From a virus, in the IMG/VR virus record IMGVR_UViG_3300025849_000018, positions 1-64,000 of that record: a DNA stretch of 64,000 nt; one strand, 5' to 3'. A model generated the notes under the pieces. It saw only the letters and a list, made by a program, of their open reading frames with translations, had not been told where the DNA came from and did no database searches. Positions 1 through 7,326 of the stretch are shown here, piece by piece. A program made the position numbers and the translations under genes. Within the stretch, counting starts at the first letter, position 1. Each line of letters opens with the position of its first letter.

Positions 1-189
1 GATTAATAAGATGTTTGTGAACGCAATCTCCACCGCGAGTATGGTGTGATACCAAACCCACCTTGCCTTATAGACTTCTTGAATGTGTTGATTGTCTCCA
101 CTAGGAAGTTTATCTACGATCGCGTTGTCTAACGGGTTGTCTTCAACTGGAGTTTCCAGTTTTGTTAAGATTTTACCAAACCAATTCAT
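1..189 (-). CDS. Partial small hypothetical membrane protein (runs off window)
   Basis: ATG at 189 overlaps the gp43 stop (ATGA); reads MNWFGKILTKLETPVEDN...WVWYHTILAVEIAFTNILLI, open to window edge. Confidence 0.7.
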   Translation of the reverse strand, partial: MNWFGKILTKLETPVEDNPLDNAIVDKLPSGDNQHIQEVYKARWVWYHTILAVEIAFTNILLI

Positions 190-2768
190 CTAAAAAAGTC
201 CTCCAGATTATTTTGTTGTTCTGCGCTCCATCCGATTACCGACAATATGATGTTCATCGGATCGAGATAACCTTTCTCAAACTGCGTATCGTAATCGATG
301 TATTGTTCAAGTCCGAATTCTTTCGGCAATTCACCTGTAGATGCGATTACTTTGTCGCGCAATGGATTTGGTAGTTTTAGATAACAAAACTTAATTTTCT
401 CACCATCTTTTATCTCTTCATATTTTTTAGTGAGACCATGTTTATTTAGTAGATGATTATACAGCAACACACCCTTGACCTGTATCGGTGATCCCTTTCG
501 ATAGATCGTATTCTTGTCAGCATAGGATTCAGAATATCTACGGCCATCACTGGATGTTTTCCATGCTGTCAGACTAACACCGCGAGGAAACGCAACCTTG
601 TCAAATTCAAGTGTGTTAAATTCTTCATGAATTTTACTGATAAAATTTTGCGTGGTCTTTTCATCAGAGTTCATAATCAACTTGAGTGTTTGTTTAATAT
701 ACTCACGGATCACCGACGGTGTTGAAGAACGTATTGCTTCAATGCCCATCATCTTGAGTTTGGGTTCATTGTATCGAACACCCTCGCTGTCCCAGACATT
801 CATGATGTATCGTTTCTTGGCAGTCCAGATCGCCTTGTCGCCAATGTTCTCGCGCTTCATAATCATCTTCTGATCATATGCATTCATGTAGTCTTTCAGT
901 TCTAGGTAAGATTTATCGATGAATGGTTCAATCTTCTCACTGGCAATCTTATCAAGAAAGTCGACGGGATTATCAGGTAGAACACGTTTAACCATTTCAT
1001 CAAAACAAATATAGACCGAGTCAGTATCAACTGCGACAACATAATCTTTCTCAGTGCCAAGGACTTTGTTAAGATACTCGTTGATTCGTTTTTCAATCCA
1101 ACGAATAGATAACTGACCAGACATCGTGATTGCTTCAGCATTCTTTTGTTCGAACCAACGGAAGTATTTGTTAGCGATGGCTCCGTAGGCAGAGTTCAGT
1201 AGAATCTTGAGAGCATATTGCATATTATGACTGCGGGATATCTCTCGCTCTAAGTCTGGCGTTGGGTTCTTTTGATATTCCTGTTGCGCTAATATCATTT
1301 TCTTTTTGTAGTTGACCCTATCGTTATACATGTTCTGCATTAAGACAGACAGAAAACCCTGTTTATCTTTGCGGTAGAAATTGCCGTTGGGTGTGACAGT
1401 GAGATTGCTCTCCTTCAGTTTTGATGTATCAATAGATTTATTAAGAAAAGATTCAACGCTAGATTTTGCAGCAATATCACCGAGATTGAATACATTTCTT
1501 CCTTGTTCGCGAGTATCGGGTGAAACATTATATTGCATAATTAGGTGAGGGTACAAACTGTTCAGGTCAAACGACATCACCCATTCGTGCATACCAACTT
1601 GCGGTTCTTTCACGAACCCGCCAACAATCTGACCAACATCATTGTTATATGGTTTCTTTGTTGGAATGACTATGTTCTGATCCATCAGATAGTTGTGTAT
1701 AATCGTGTCCCAAATCTTGAGAGTTGATAAACCATCTTCGTAGTTACAACCCGAATCATAAGTCAAAGCAAAGATCACATTTATAAAACCGAGTTGCTCT
1801 TCAAGCATAAAGATCAAATCAACATCTTTGATATTGTATTCAATAAATTTCTGATAGTCCTCTTTGTATAACGTATAAAGATTACCGTGTTCTGAGTAGT
1901 CAATCTTTTTCTCACCGAGTTCAAGTTCACAAATATAATCAAGGCGATAAGATTCTCTGGGTTGTAACTGAAACTTTTTATACACTGCCATGTAGTCTAG
2001 ATTAGCAATGCCATGTAGTTCGTAACCCTGACTCTTCTTTGTGCCTAAGGTAATGTTATACTCGCGAATCTTTCCCCACGGCGACAATCGACGAACATGA
2101 TCCTCACCGAGTAGTTTGCGAATCCGATTCACAAGATAAGGTATATCAAAGAACTCGGTGTTCCAACCAGTCAGCGCGTCAATATCAAACCCTTCCCAAG
2201 CCTTTAGAAACTTGCGAAGGAGTTGTATTTCATTCTCACACTTGAGATAGTAAACATTCTTATCATCTGTTACGAAGTCGCCGCAACCAATCACGACAGT
2301 CATGTTTCGTCGCTTGAGTGTAATCGCAGTGACTTCTTTTTCTGCCACGCCAGGTTCGGGGAATCCATCATCAGACGCCACCTCGATATCGAGTGCGACA
2401 ATGTTGATCTTGCTGGTGTCAGGTTTAATGTTCTTATAGTTATCGTAGATATAAGTATAGGCGAATCTATCGTAACCATAGATAGACATACCGTCGACAT
2501 TATCATATTTTTTTATAAAATCTTTTGCATCGTATATGCTTTTGATTGAACTGACTGGTTGAACCGGATTGTTATGTATGTCCGTGTAACCTGTCACATG
2601 TGTCGATGGTGTGAACATCATCGGTTCATAAGTGTACTGTTTCTGTACTCTCTCACCATTCTCATCAAAACCACGAAGATAAATATGATTACCATGGTTG
2701 AATACATTTGTGTAGAATGGTGAGAACTGTTCATCTCGGACAACGGATTTCTTCATATGATACTCCAA
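186..2768 (-). CDS. gp43: T4-like family B DNA polymerase
   Basis: ExoI DIEV, ExoII GWNTEFFDIPY, motif A SFDLNSLYPHL, motif B KILLNSAYG, motif C DTDSVY; no intein-sized insertion; start may be 2756. Confidence 0.98.
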   Translation of the reverse strand: MEYHMKKSVVRDEQFSPFYTNVFNHGNHIYLRGFDENGERVQKQYTYEPMMFTPSTHVTGYTDIHNNPVQPVSSIKSIYDAKDFIKKYDNVDGMSIYGYDRFAYTYIYDNYKNIKPDTSKINIVALDIEVASDDGFPEPGVAEKEVTAITLKRRNMTVVIGCGDFVTDDKNVYYLKCENEIQLLRKFLKAWEGFDIDALTGWNTEFFDIPYLVNRIRKLLGEDHVRRLSPWGKIREYNITLGTKKSQGYELHGIANLDYMAVYKKFQLQPRESYRLDYICELELGEKKIDYSEHGNLYTLYKEDYQKFIEYNIKDVDLIFMLEEQLGFINVIFALTYDSGCNYEDGLSTLKIWDTIIHNYLMDQNIVIPTKKPYNNDVGQIVGGFVKEPQVGMHEWVMSFDLNSLYPHLIMQYNVSPDTREQGRNVFNLGDIAAKSSVESFLNKSIDTSKLKESNLTVTPNGNFYRKDKQGFLSVLMQNMYNDRVNYKKKMILAQQEYQKNPTPDLEREISRSHNMQYALKILLNSAYGAIANKYFRWFEQKNAEAITMSGQLSIRWIEKRINEYLNKVLGTEKDYVVAVDTDSVYICFDEMVKRVLPDNPVDFLDKIASEKIEPFIDKSYLELKDYMNAYDQKMIMKRENIGDKAIWTAKKRYIMNVWDSEGVRYNEPKLKMMGIEAIRSSTPSVIREYIKQTLKLIMNSDEKTTQNFISKIHEEFNTLEFDKVAFPRGVSLTAWKTSSDGRRYSESYADKNTIYRKGSPIQVKGVLLYNHLLNKHGLTKKYEEIKDGEKIKFCYLKLPNPLRDKVIASTGELPKEFGLEQYIDYDTQFEKGYLDPMNIILSVIGWSAEQQNNLEDFFR

Positions 2769-2780
2769 CTCATTAAACTA

Positions 2781-2809
2781 ATTATAACTCATTGCGAAGG
2801 CAAAGTAAA
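2781..2809 (-). promoter_or_regulatory. sigma70-type promoter for gp43
   Basis: TTTACT-N17-TATAAT. Confidence 0.6.
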
Positions 2810-2810
2810 G

Positions 2811-3257
2811 ATGAATAGAGAAAATATTTTCGAACAACTCAAGATTGATGAAGGTTGCATATATGAAATCTATGAGGACCATTTGGGGTATAATACATTC
2901 GGCATCGGTCATCTGATTACTGTTGATGATCCAGAATTCGGTCTATCAATCGGCACACCTGTATCGGAAAGTAGAGTGCAACAGGCTTTTGATAAAGATA
3001 TTTCTGCGGCGATTGATGATTGTTTCTCTGTGTTCGGTAAAAGGATTTTCAATTTCTTCACTGGAGAAGCTCAGGAAATACTGGTTAACATGATGTTCAA
3101 TTTAGGTCGTACTCGGTTTGTGAAATTTAAAAAAATGATTGCTGCTCTTAACCGATTTGATTATGAAGAAGCATCTAAAGAAGGCCGTGATAGTCTGTGG
3201 TACGAACAGGTGACCAATCGTGCTGAAAGACTGATGTCGCGACTTGAAGTTCAATGA
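2811..3257 (+). CDS. Lysozyme (GH24, T4-lysozyme-like)
   Basis: LKIDEG...YEDHLGYNTFGIGHL catalytic E/D/T region; LVNMMFNLG and W..QV..RA.RL motifs; start set at MNRENIF. Confidence 0.92.
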   Translation: MNRENIFEQLKIDEGCIYEIYEDHLGYNTFGIGHLITVDDPEFGLSIGTPVSESRVQQAFDKDISAAIDDCFSVFGKRIFNFFTGEAQEILVNMMFNLGRTRFVKFKKMIAALNRFDYEEASKEGRDSLWYEQVTNRAERLMSRLEVQ

Positions 3258-3260
3258 TTT

Positions 3261-3268
3261 TATAAATA
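3261..3268 (+). promoter_or_regulatory. T4-type late promoter
   Basis: TATAAATA 6 nt before the ATG at 3275. Confidence 0.7.
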
Positions 3269-3274
3269 ATATGT

Positions 3275-3451
3275 ATGAAATTACTGTCAATATTTTACAC
3301 TATACTTTTGATTGGTTGTGCCGAAATCACACACGTTGATGGCGAACTACCGAAGGTTAAACTTGTTGGCGCTGAAGAATACTGCACAGAAGAACTCAGA
3401 GCGAAGGTGAAAATGGATGAGTTCTTAATCACATGTACCATGAGGTTATAG
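3275..3451 (+). CDS. 58-aa predicted lipoprotein (not in ORF track)
   Basis: MKLLSIFYTILLIG-C lipobox signal; bounded by late promoter and terminator. Confidence 0.75.
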   Translation: MKLLSIFYTILLIGCAEITHVDGELPKVKLVGAEEYCTEELRAKVKMDEFLITCTMRL

Positions 3452-3452
3452 T

Positions 3453-3475
3453 AAAAGGGCGACCGAAGTCGCCCC
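3453..3475 (-). terminator. Intrinsic terminator between convergent genes
   Basis: GGGCGAC-TTCG-GTCGCCC-TTTT; C(UUCG)G tetraloop typical of T4-like phages. Confidence 0.85.
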
Positions 3476-3479
3476 ACGA

Positions 3480-3680
3480 TCACGCCTTAGTTTTTATATC
3501 ATCTTTCTTTTCAGCAACATAATACCAGTTTCCTGTAATAGGATTCTGTTTATGATTCTCCGACAGTTTCCAATCAATCACAACTTTAATTTGTCGTGCC
3601 TTGACCGCAACTTCTTCGATATTATTTGCTGAAGCGAAAGATGAGAAAAGACAAAGGCATATAATTGCCCAGTTTTTCAT
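3480..3680 (-). CDS. Small secreted protein with TonB-box-like N-terminus
   Basis: Signal peptide ending ASA followed by NNIEEVAVKARQ. Confidence 0.7.
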   Translation of the reverse strand: MKNWAIICLCLFSSFASANNIEEVAVKARQIKVVIDWKLSENHKQNPITGNWYYVAEKKDDIKTKA

Positions 3681-3681
3681 C

Positions 3682-4143
3682 TTAGTCCTCTGTGAGTAGT
3701 TGTTTATCCGTTTTTTCTTTCCACCTTGTGGAAATCGGGATATTGCGCGGACGCTTTTCTTCGGGAAGAACTACTTTCAGGTCAATGACCAATAGTCCGT
3801 CTATGAAATTAGCTCCGTCTACAACAACGTGTTCAGAGAGTCTAAAGGTTCGTGTGAACTTCTTTGCAGAAATTCCATGATGTAGATACGCGCGATTCTC
3901 TGGATCCTCAGGTTTGTCACCAGTTACAACCAGTAGACCTTCTTTAACATCTACAACGATGTCATCAGAAGAGTAACCAGCAAGTGCCAGTTCTACCGAG
4001 AATTCAGTTTCAGTGTGTTTGACTACGTTGTGTGGAGGATAGAGTTTGTTGTCGGACATATCTGACAGTCGCTCTATCTCCGACCAAACGTGATCAAAAC
4101 CAATGAAGTGTGAACGCGGGAATGAAAATGCTTTAGAAACCAT
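3682..4143 (-). CDS. hsp20: Small heat shock protein (Hsp20/IbpA-like)
   Basis: YPPHNVVK, ELALAGY, YLHHGIS..KF.R.F.L, GLL.IDL...PEEKRPR.IPI; SD AAGGAG before ATG 4143. Confidence 0.96.
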   Translation of the reverse strand: MVSKAFSFPRSHFIGFDHVWSEIERLSDMSDNKLYPPHNVVKHTETEFSVELALAGYSSDDIVVDVKEGLLVVTGDKPEDPENRAYLHHGISAKKFTRTFRLSEHVVVDGANFIDGLLVIDLKVVLPEEKRPRNIPISTRWKEKTDKQLLTED

Positions 4144-4240
4144 AACAGTTCTCCTTATATTAAGCAAGATTGTTGTTAACCTCTACCGGATTATTCCGCG
4201 TAGAGAAGTGTCGACCCGATCCCACGGTATCGACAAATTC
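4141..4240 (-). promoter_or_regulatory. ROSE-like RNA thermometer in hsp20 5' UTR
   Basis: Two upstream hairpins then UCUU-G-CUUA/UAAG-GAGA hairpin pairing the SD with a bulged G (UUGCU...AGGA). Confidence 0.7.
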
Positions 4241-4248
4241 TATTTATA
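4241..4248 (-). promoter_or_regulatory. T4-type late promoter for hsp20
   Basis: TATAAATA immediately before the structured leader. Confidence 0.75.
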
Positions 4249-4275
4249 TATTTACCTTCCTACTTCTTGTAAATA
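4245..4275. repeat. 31-bp exact direct repeat of 4920-4950 (3' end of DUF4338 gene)
   Basis: tatatatttaccttcctacttcttgtaaata at both sites, offset 675. Confidence 0.95.
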
Positions 4276-4299
4276 GATTTCTTCTTCAATGTAACAGTC
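4275..4299. repeat. 25-bp exact copy of 6317-6341 (internal piece of the 69-aa ORF)
   Basis: agatttcttcttcaatgtaacagtc at both sites. Confidence 0.95.
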
Positions 4300-4327
4300 A
4301 GATGCACTACCATTGTGCTACCGAGGA
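4292..4327 (-). pseudogene. 5' half of tRNA-Asn(GUU), truncated after the anticodon
   Basis: TCCTCGG TA GCAC-AATGGTA-GTGC A TCTGA CT GTT A; 3 nt downstream of tRNA-Thr; no 3' half seen. Confidence 0.8.
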
Positions 4328-4330
4328 AGG

Positions 4331-4406
4331 TGGTGCCGCCACAAGGAATCGAACCTTGGACCTGATGCTTACAAGGCAACTGCTCTACCTGCTGAGCTAT
4401 AGCGGC
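4331..4406 (-). tRNA. tRNA-Thr(UGU)
   Basis: 76 nt; GCCGCTA/TGGCGGC acceptor, anticodon loop CT-TGT-AA, GGTTCGATTCC T-arm, encoded CCA; one mismatch in anticodon stem. Confidence 0.93.
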
Positions 4407-4423
4407 AAACCTGTAACTATGAG

Positions 4424-4696
4424 TTATTTGTTTTCTACAAACTCATAAAGTTCTTTAGCACGGTTATTGATTTGATCAGACGTTGGCATAGGCGGAATTG
4501 CATTAATCAATTCATTAGATAATCTCTTTGCCTTATCAACTGCCTCCGGATAATTCTGGATCAAATCAATAGCTGTTTCAACTTGATTGTGAAGTTGCCA
4601 GAATGCATTCATCTGAACGTCATACTGTTGCATCTCAAGATCACGTGCCATTGAGAGTACATCGAACCGAAGTTCATAAGGTGTTTTGTTAGACAT
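4424..4696 (-). CDS. Hypothetical protein (90 aa)
   Basis: Strong SD AAGGAG; helical protein MSNKTPYELRFDVLSMARD...AKELYEFV. Confidence 0.85.
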   Translation of the reverse strand: MSNKTPYELRFDVLSMARDLEMQQYDVQMNAFWQLHNQVETAIDLIQNYPEAVDKAKRLSNELINAIPPMPTSDQINNRAKELYEFVENK

Positions 4697-4707
4697 AATA
4701 GTCTCCT

Positions 4708-4752
4708 TGTGTGTGTTGTGTGTGTTGAGCAGTTTTCCACATGCTCAGGTGG
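4708..4752 (-). promoter_or_regulatory. H-type pseudoknot plus CA-repeat leader
   Basis: CCAC-CTGAGCAT-GTGG-AAAAC-TGCTCA then ACACACACAACACACAC then SD. Confidence 0.55.
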
Positions 4753-4775
4753 TATGTTATGATTCAGATATGCCA

Positions 4776-4856
4776 CTATAGATTATCTAACACATTCTGC
4801 GGTGAAGATTCACCATAGGGATCATCTGCTGCTTCGTCAGTGAATCCTGTTTCTAC
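4776..4856 (-). pseudogene. Start-less 3' remnant resembling a peroxiredoxin (Prx5/redoxin) C-terminus
   Basis: VETGFTDEAADDPYGESSPQNVLDNL*; in-frame stop a few codons upstream, no start. Confidence 0.5.
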
Positions 4857-4923
4857 GCATTTTCTATTACCCTATTTCTTAAACTGGTCGTACTAAAACT
4901 GTGCGATCTCCGATTGAAATATA
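4847..4923. repeat. 77-bp direct repeat of 6484-6560 (3' end of cytidylyltransferase gene)
   Basis: 76/77 identical (4912 g vs 6549 c), offset 1637. Confidence 0.95.
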
Positions 4924-4926
4924 TAT

Positions 4927-6255
4927 TTACCTTCCTACTTCTTGTAAATATTTTTCTTTTGTTTGTTCCCAGTCCATAAAGATCAGATCGTCATAGTAAA
5001 GCGTTTCGTCAGATACACGATCATTCTTAATGAGACTTTTAATACGTTTGCTGGCATACTTATTCTTCCACAACTCCGTCAAATATTCGGTGCTTGTGTC
5101 AAAGAGAGGACGTAATTCAGACTGTTGACATTCTCCTCGCAAAAATTCTCTTGTGTTATCATACAATGGTGAGAAGTAAATACCGCGGGCATGTTCAGCG
5201 CTAATCAAGGTCTTGTCGATGCCAAGTTTACTGTATGTAAAATGATACGACCGGTTACGGTGATCGCGTTTTGCAGGTTGCCCTGATGGTTTGATTGCGC
5301 CATACCACTCGAAGTATTTGTATGTATGGTTTTTGTGCAACCAACTACGCATCAAATACTGTGTTTTTTTGGTCGCTTGATATGCAACACTACCTGAACT
5401 ATAACCCATTTTCTTCCAGTGTTTCAGATTATCATATTGCGATAGGCCACCCTGTTTTGTTTTACCGTAGAGTGAGGTTGTTGTAACTCCAACCAATGTA
5501 TCGCCATACTGACTTTTCCAATCATTCTGTATAGTATCAGACAAACACAGAAGAGCGAGCAACTTACCGCCAACATAGTTAAAACCCAGTGGTTGAGTTG
5601 GCACAATAGTCGAACCAATGGCCGTATAGTTGATCATATGTCCTTGAGTTTTCTTTTCACGTTCCCAACCAATCCACTTGTCACGCGGTGTAAGATCAAG
5701 GAAGTCGGATGATATACAGATCACACCAAGATACGTTTCTGTCACTTCATCAATCACAAGATAGTTTAGATTGCGACCTATGTTCGCTGAGTTTTTCATT
5801 GTCGAGGTAAAGGTACGAATTGCATTCCACTTTTCAGGTGTATTCGTTTTATTTGATGTCAAGATGAGTTTCGGAGTCAGTTTCGCATAACTTTCTAAAT
5901 TATCTGGTCGCCAGATGTTATCTCTCATCTCTTCAACAATCTTTGCGCGAGACGCATCGCAAAGTTGACTTTCAGGACCCCATAAGGTTTGTACTTCCCG
6001 AGTGGGATATTTGATATGCACTTCTTCCCACTTCTGGTAAAGTATATATTCACCGACAGTCATTTGCGACACATGTGCCAAGTCTTTAACGAGAGCATCT
6101 TTTAGCTCTTCATCGGAGACATCTTTTATTTCTTCGGGGGGATTTTTCTTTATCCAGATTTTATATTGATCTTCAATCGGTAGATGTGCATAGTCAGACA
6201 TTCTAACACATTCTTTTTCCGACGAAGCTTCTATACCTAGAAGAGATGTAAACAT
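4927..6255 (-). CDS. DUF4338/DruA-like protein, putative Mom-related GNAT-fold enzyme
   Basis: GRNLNYLV.D...YLGVI, L.PRD.WIGW, P.G.NY.GGKLLALL, DW..QYG..L..VTTTSLYG, W..MG.S.G; start could be 6201. Confidence 0.7.
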   Translation of the reverse strand: MFTSLLGIEASSEKECVRMSDYAHLPIEDQYKIWIKKNPPEEIKDVSDEELKDALVKDLAHVSQMTVGEYILYQKWEEVHIKYPTREVQTLWGPESQLCDASRAKIVEEMRDNIWRPDNLESYAKLTPKLILTSNKTNTPEKWNAIRTFTSTMKNSANIGRNLNYLVIDEVTETYLGVICISSDFLDLTPRDKWIGWEREKKTQGHMINYTAIGSTIVPTQPLGFNYVGGKLLALLCLSDTIQNDWKSQYGDTLVGVTTTSLYGKTKQGGLSQYDNLKHWKKMGYSSGSVAYQATKKTQYLMRSWLHKNHTYKYFEWYGAIKPSGQPAKRDHRNRSYHFTYSKLGIDKTLISAEHARGIYFSPLYDNTREFLRGECQQSELRPLFDTSTEYLTELWKNKYASKRIKSLIKNDRVSDETLYYDDLIFMDWEQTKEKYLQEVGR

Positions 6256-6287
6256 AACTTACTTTCCATTATATAATGATAATCAGT

Positions 6288-6497
6288 TCAGACGTAGTAA
6301 TGCCACGCGGTACTGGAGATTTCTTCTTCAATGTAACAGTCTGCACTAATGTTTTGTTTCGCCCAATGTAGTTCATTGATCATGCGATTATACCACTGCC
6401 GGTCATACTCCGAATGACACTTGGCAGCGTCCTTCTTTAGTTGACTAATCCTCATATCAAGATATTTGGATACATCTGGTTTTCTGTTTCTACGCAT
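6288..6497 (-). CDS. Hypothetical protein (69 aa)
   Basis: Overlaps upstream stop; operon-like spacing. Confidence 0.7.
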   Translation of the reverse strand: MRRNRKPDVSKYLDMRISQLKKDAAKCHSEYDRQWYNRMINELHWAKQNISADCYIEEEISSTAWHYYV

Positions 6498-6927
6498 TTT
6501 CTATTACCCTATTTCTTAAACTGGTCGTACTAAAACTGTGCGATCTCCCATTGAAATATAAATTTATCGATCGTTCTTTACAAATAGATTTGCCTGTGAA
6601 TTCGGTTTTTCTGTATTCTTCACCTAGTATACGAACATTAATAGGCAATGTCAAGAGTAAATCTTCTAAATCTTGTTCGGTGTTATATACTACAACTTCA
6701 TCAACATATTTTACAGCGCTCAGTTGTATCTGTCTCTCGATAATACTCTGTACTGGCTTGTTCTTTGTGTTTGGTCTATCAAATGTTGGATCATTTTGCA
6801 AACCAACAATCAGAAAGTCACATTGACGTTTTGCTTCTTCCAACATAGTGATATGACCTGCATGTAAAAGATCAAACGCAGATGCTGTAAACCCTATTTT
6901 ACCGCAGTCTTTATATTCTAGTTTCAC
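6490..6927 (-). CDS. Cytidylyltransferase (TagD/glycerol-3-phosphate CT-like)
   Basis: FDLLHAGH (HXGH), LIVGLQ.DP, ER..QL.AVKYVDEV, R.H.FSTT. Confidence 0.92.
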   Translation of the reverse strand: MKLEYKDCGKIGFTASAFDLLHAGHITMLEEAKRQCDFLIVGLQNDPTFDRPNTKNKPVQSIIERQIQLSAVKYVDEVVVYNTEQDLEDLLLTLPINVRILGEEYRKTEFTGKSICKERSINLYFNGRSHSFSTTSLRNRVIENA

Positions 6928-6960
6928 AGTTTTTCATACCTGACACAAAAGTGTCCCATC

Positions 6961-7323
6961 TTAATCGCATATCTCACTTTCTGATTCTGCGAGTTGGTTG
7001 CGTATACGACACTGTTCGCGTTCTACCAGTTCAAGTCTTGCCCACTCTGCCGATGTCAGGTCACGCTCTTTCATTTCATCACGATAATATTTTGCCACTT
7101 GAGCATATCGTGTGCTTTCACTCATTCTTATCCTGGTAGTTAAATCTTCTTCTAAGTTTTTTTGTGCAACATTCTGAGGTTGTTGACTCACTTCTAACTC
7201 GGTGTTATCTATAAACTCTGTGCTTAAAAACATATACCCAGCAAACACACTGCCTATTAAACTAAAAACCAGTACAGTCGCTTTAAGGTGTTTGTCATCA
7301 AATTCTACCTGTCGTTTAGTCAT
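6961..7323 (-). CDS. Hypothetical protein with N-terminal TM helix and coiled coil
   Basis: VLVFSLIGSVFAGYMFL hydrophobic segment. Confidence 0.75.
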   Translation of the reverse strand: MTKRQVEFDDKHLKATVLVFSLIGSVFAGYMFLSTEFIDNTELEVSQQPQNVAQKNLEEDLTTRIRMSESTRYAQVAKYYRDEMKERDLTSAEWARLELVEREQCRIRNQLAESESEICD

Positions 7324-7326
7324 CCG

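Noticed and set aside
4200-4327. Intron-containing or split tRNA-Asn
   Set aside because: No 3' half or intron core found; downstream bases are copies of local coding sequence
4927-6255. Complete Druantia defence system
   Set aside because: No DruE helicase or other dru genes in the window
4847-6560. Integrative element with attL/attR
   Set aside because: 77-bp direct repeats are real, but no integrase or transposase is present and two other nested repeats favour template switching
6912-6962. Possible further gene-end remnant (RWDTFVSGMKNCETRI*)
   Set aside because: No matching copy seen in the window and too short to assign by eye
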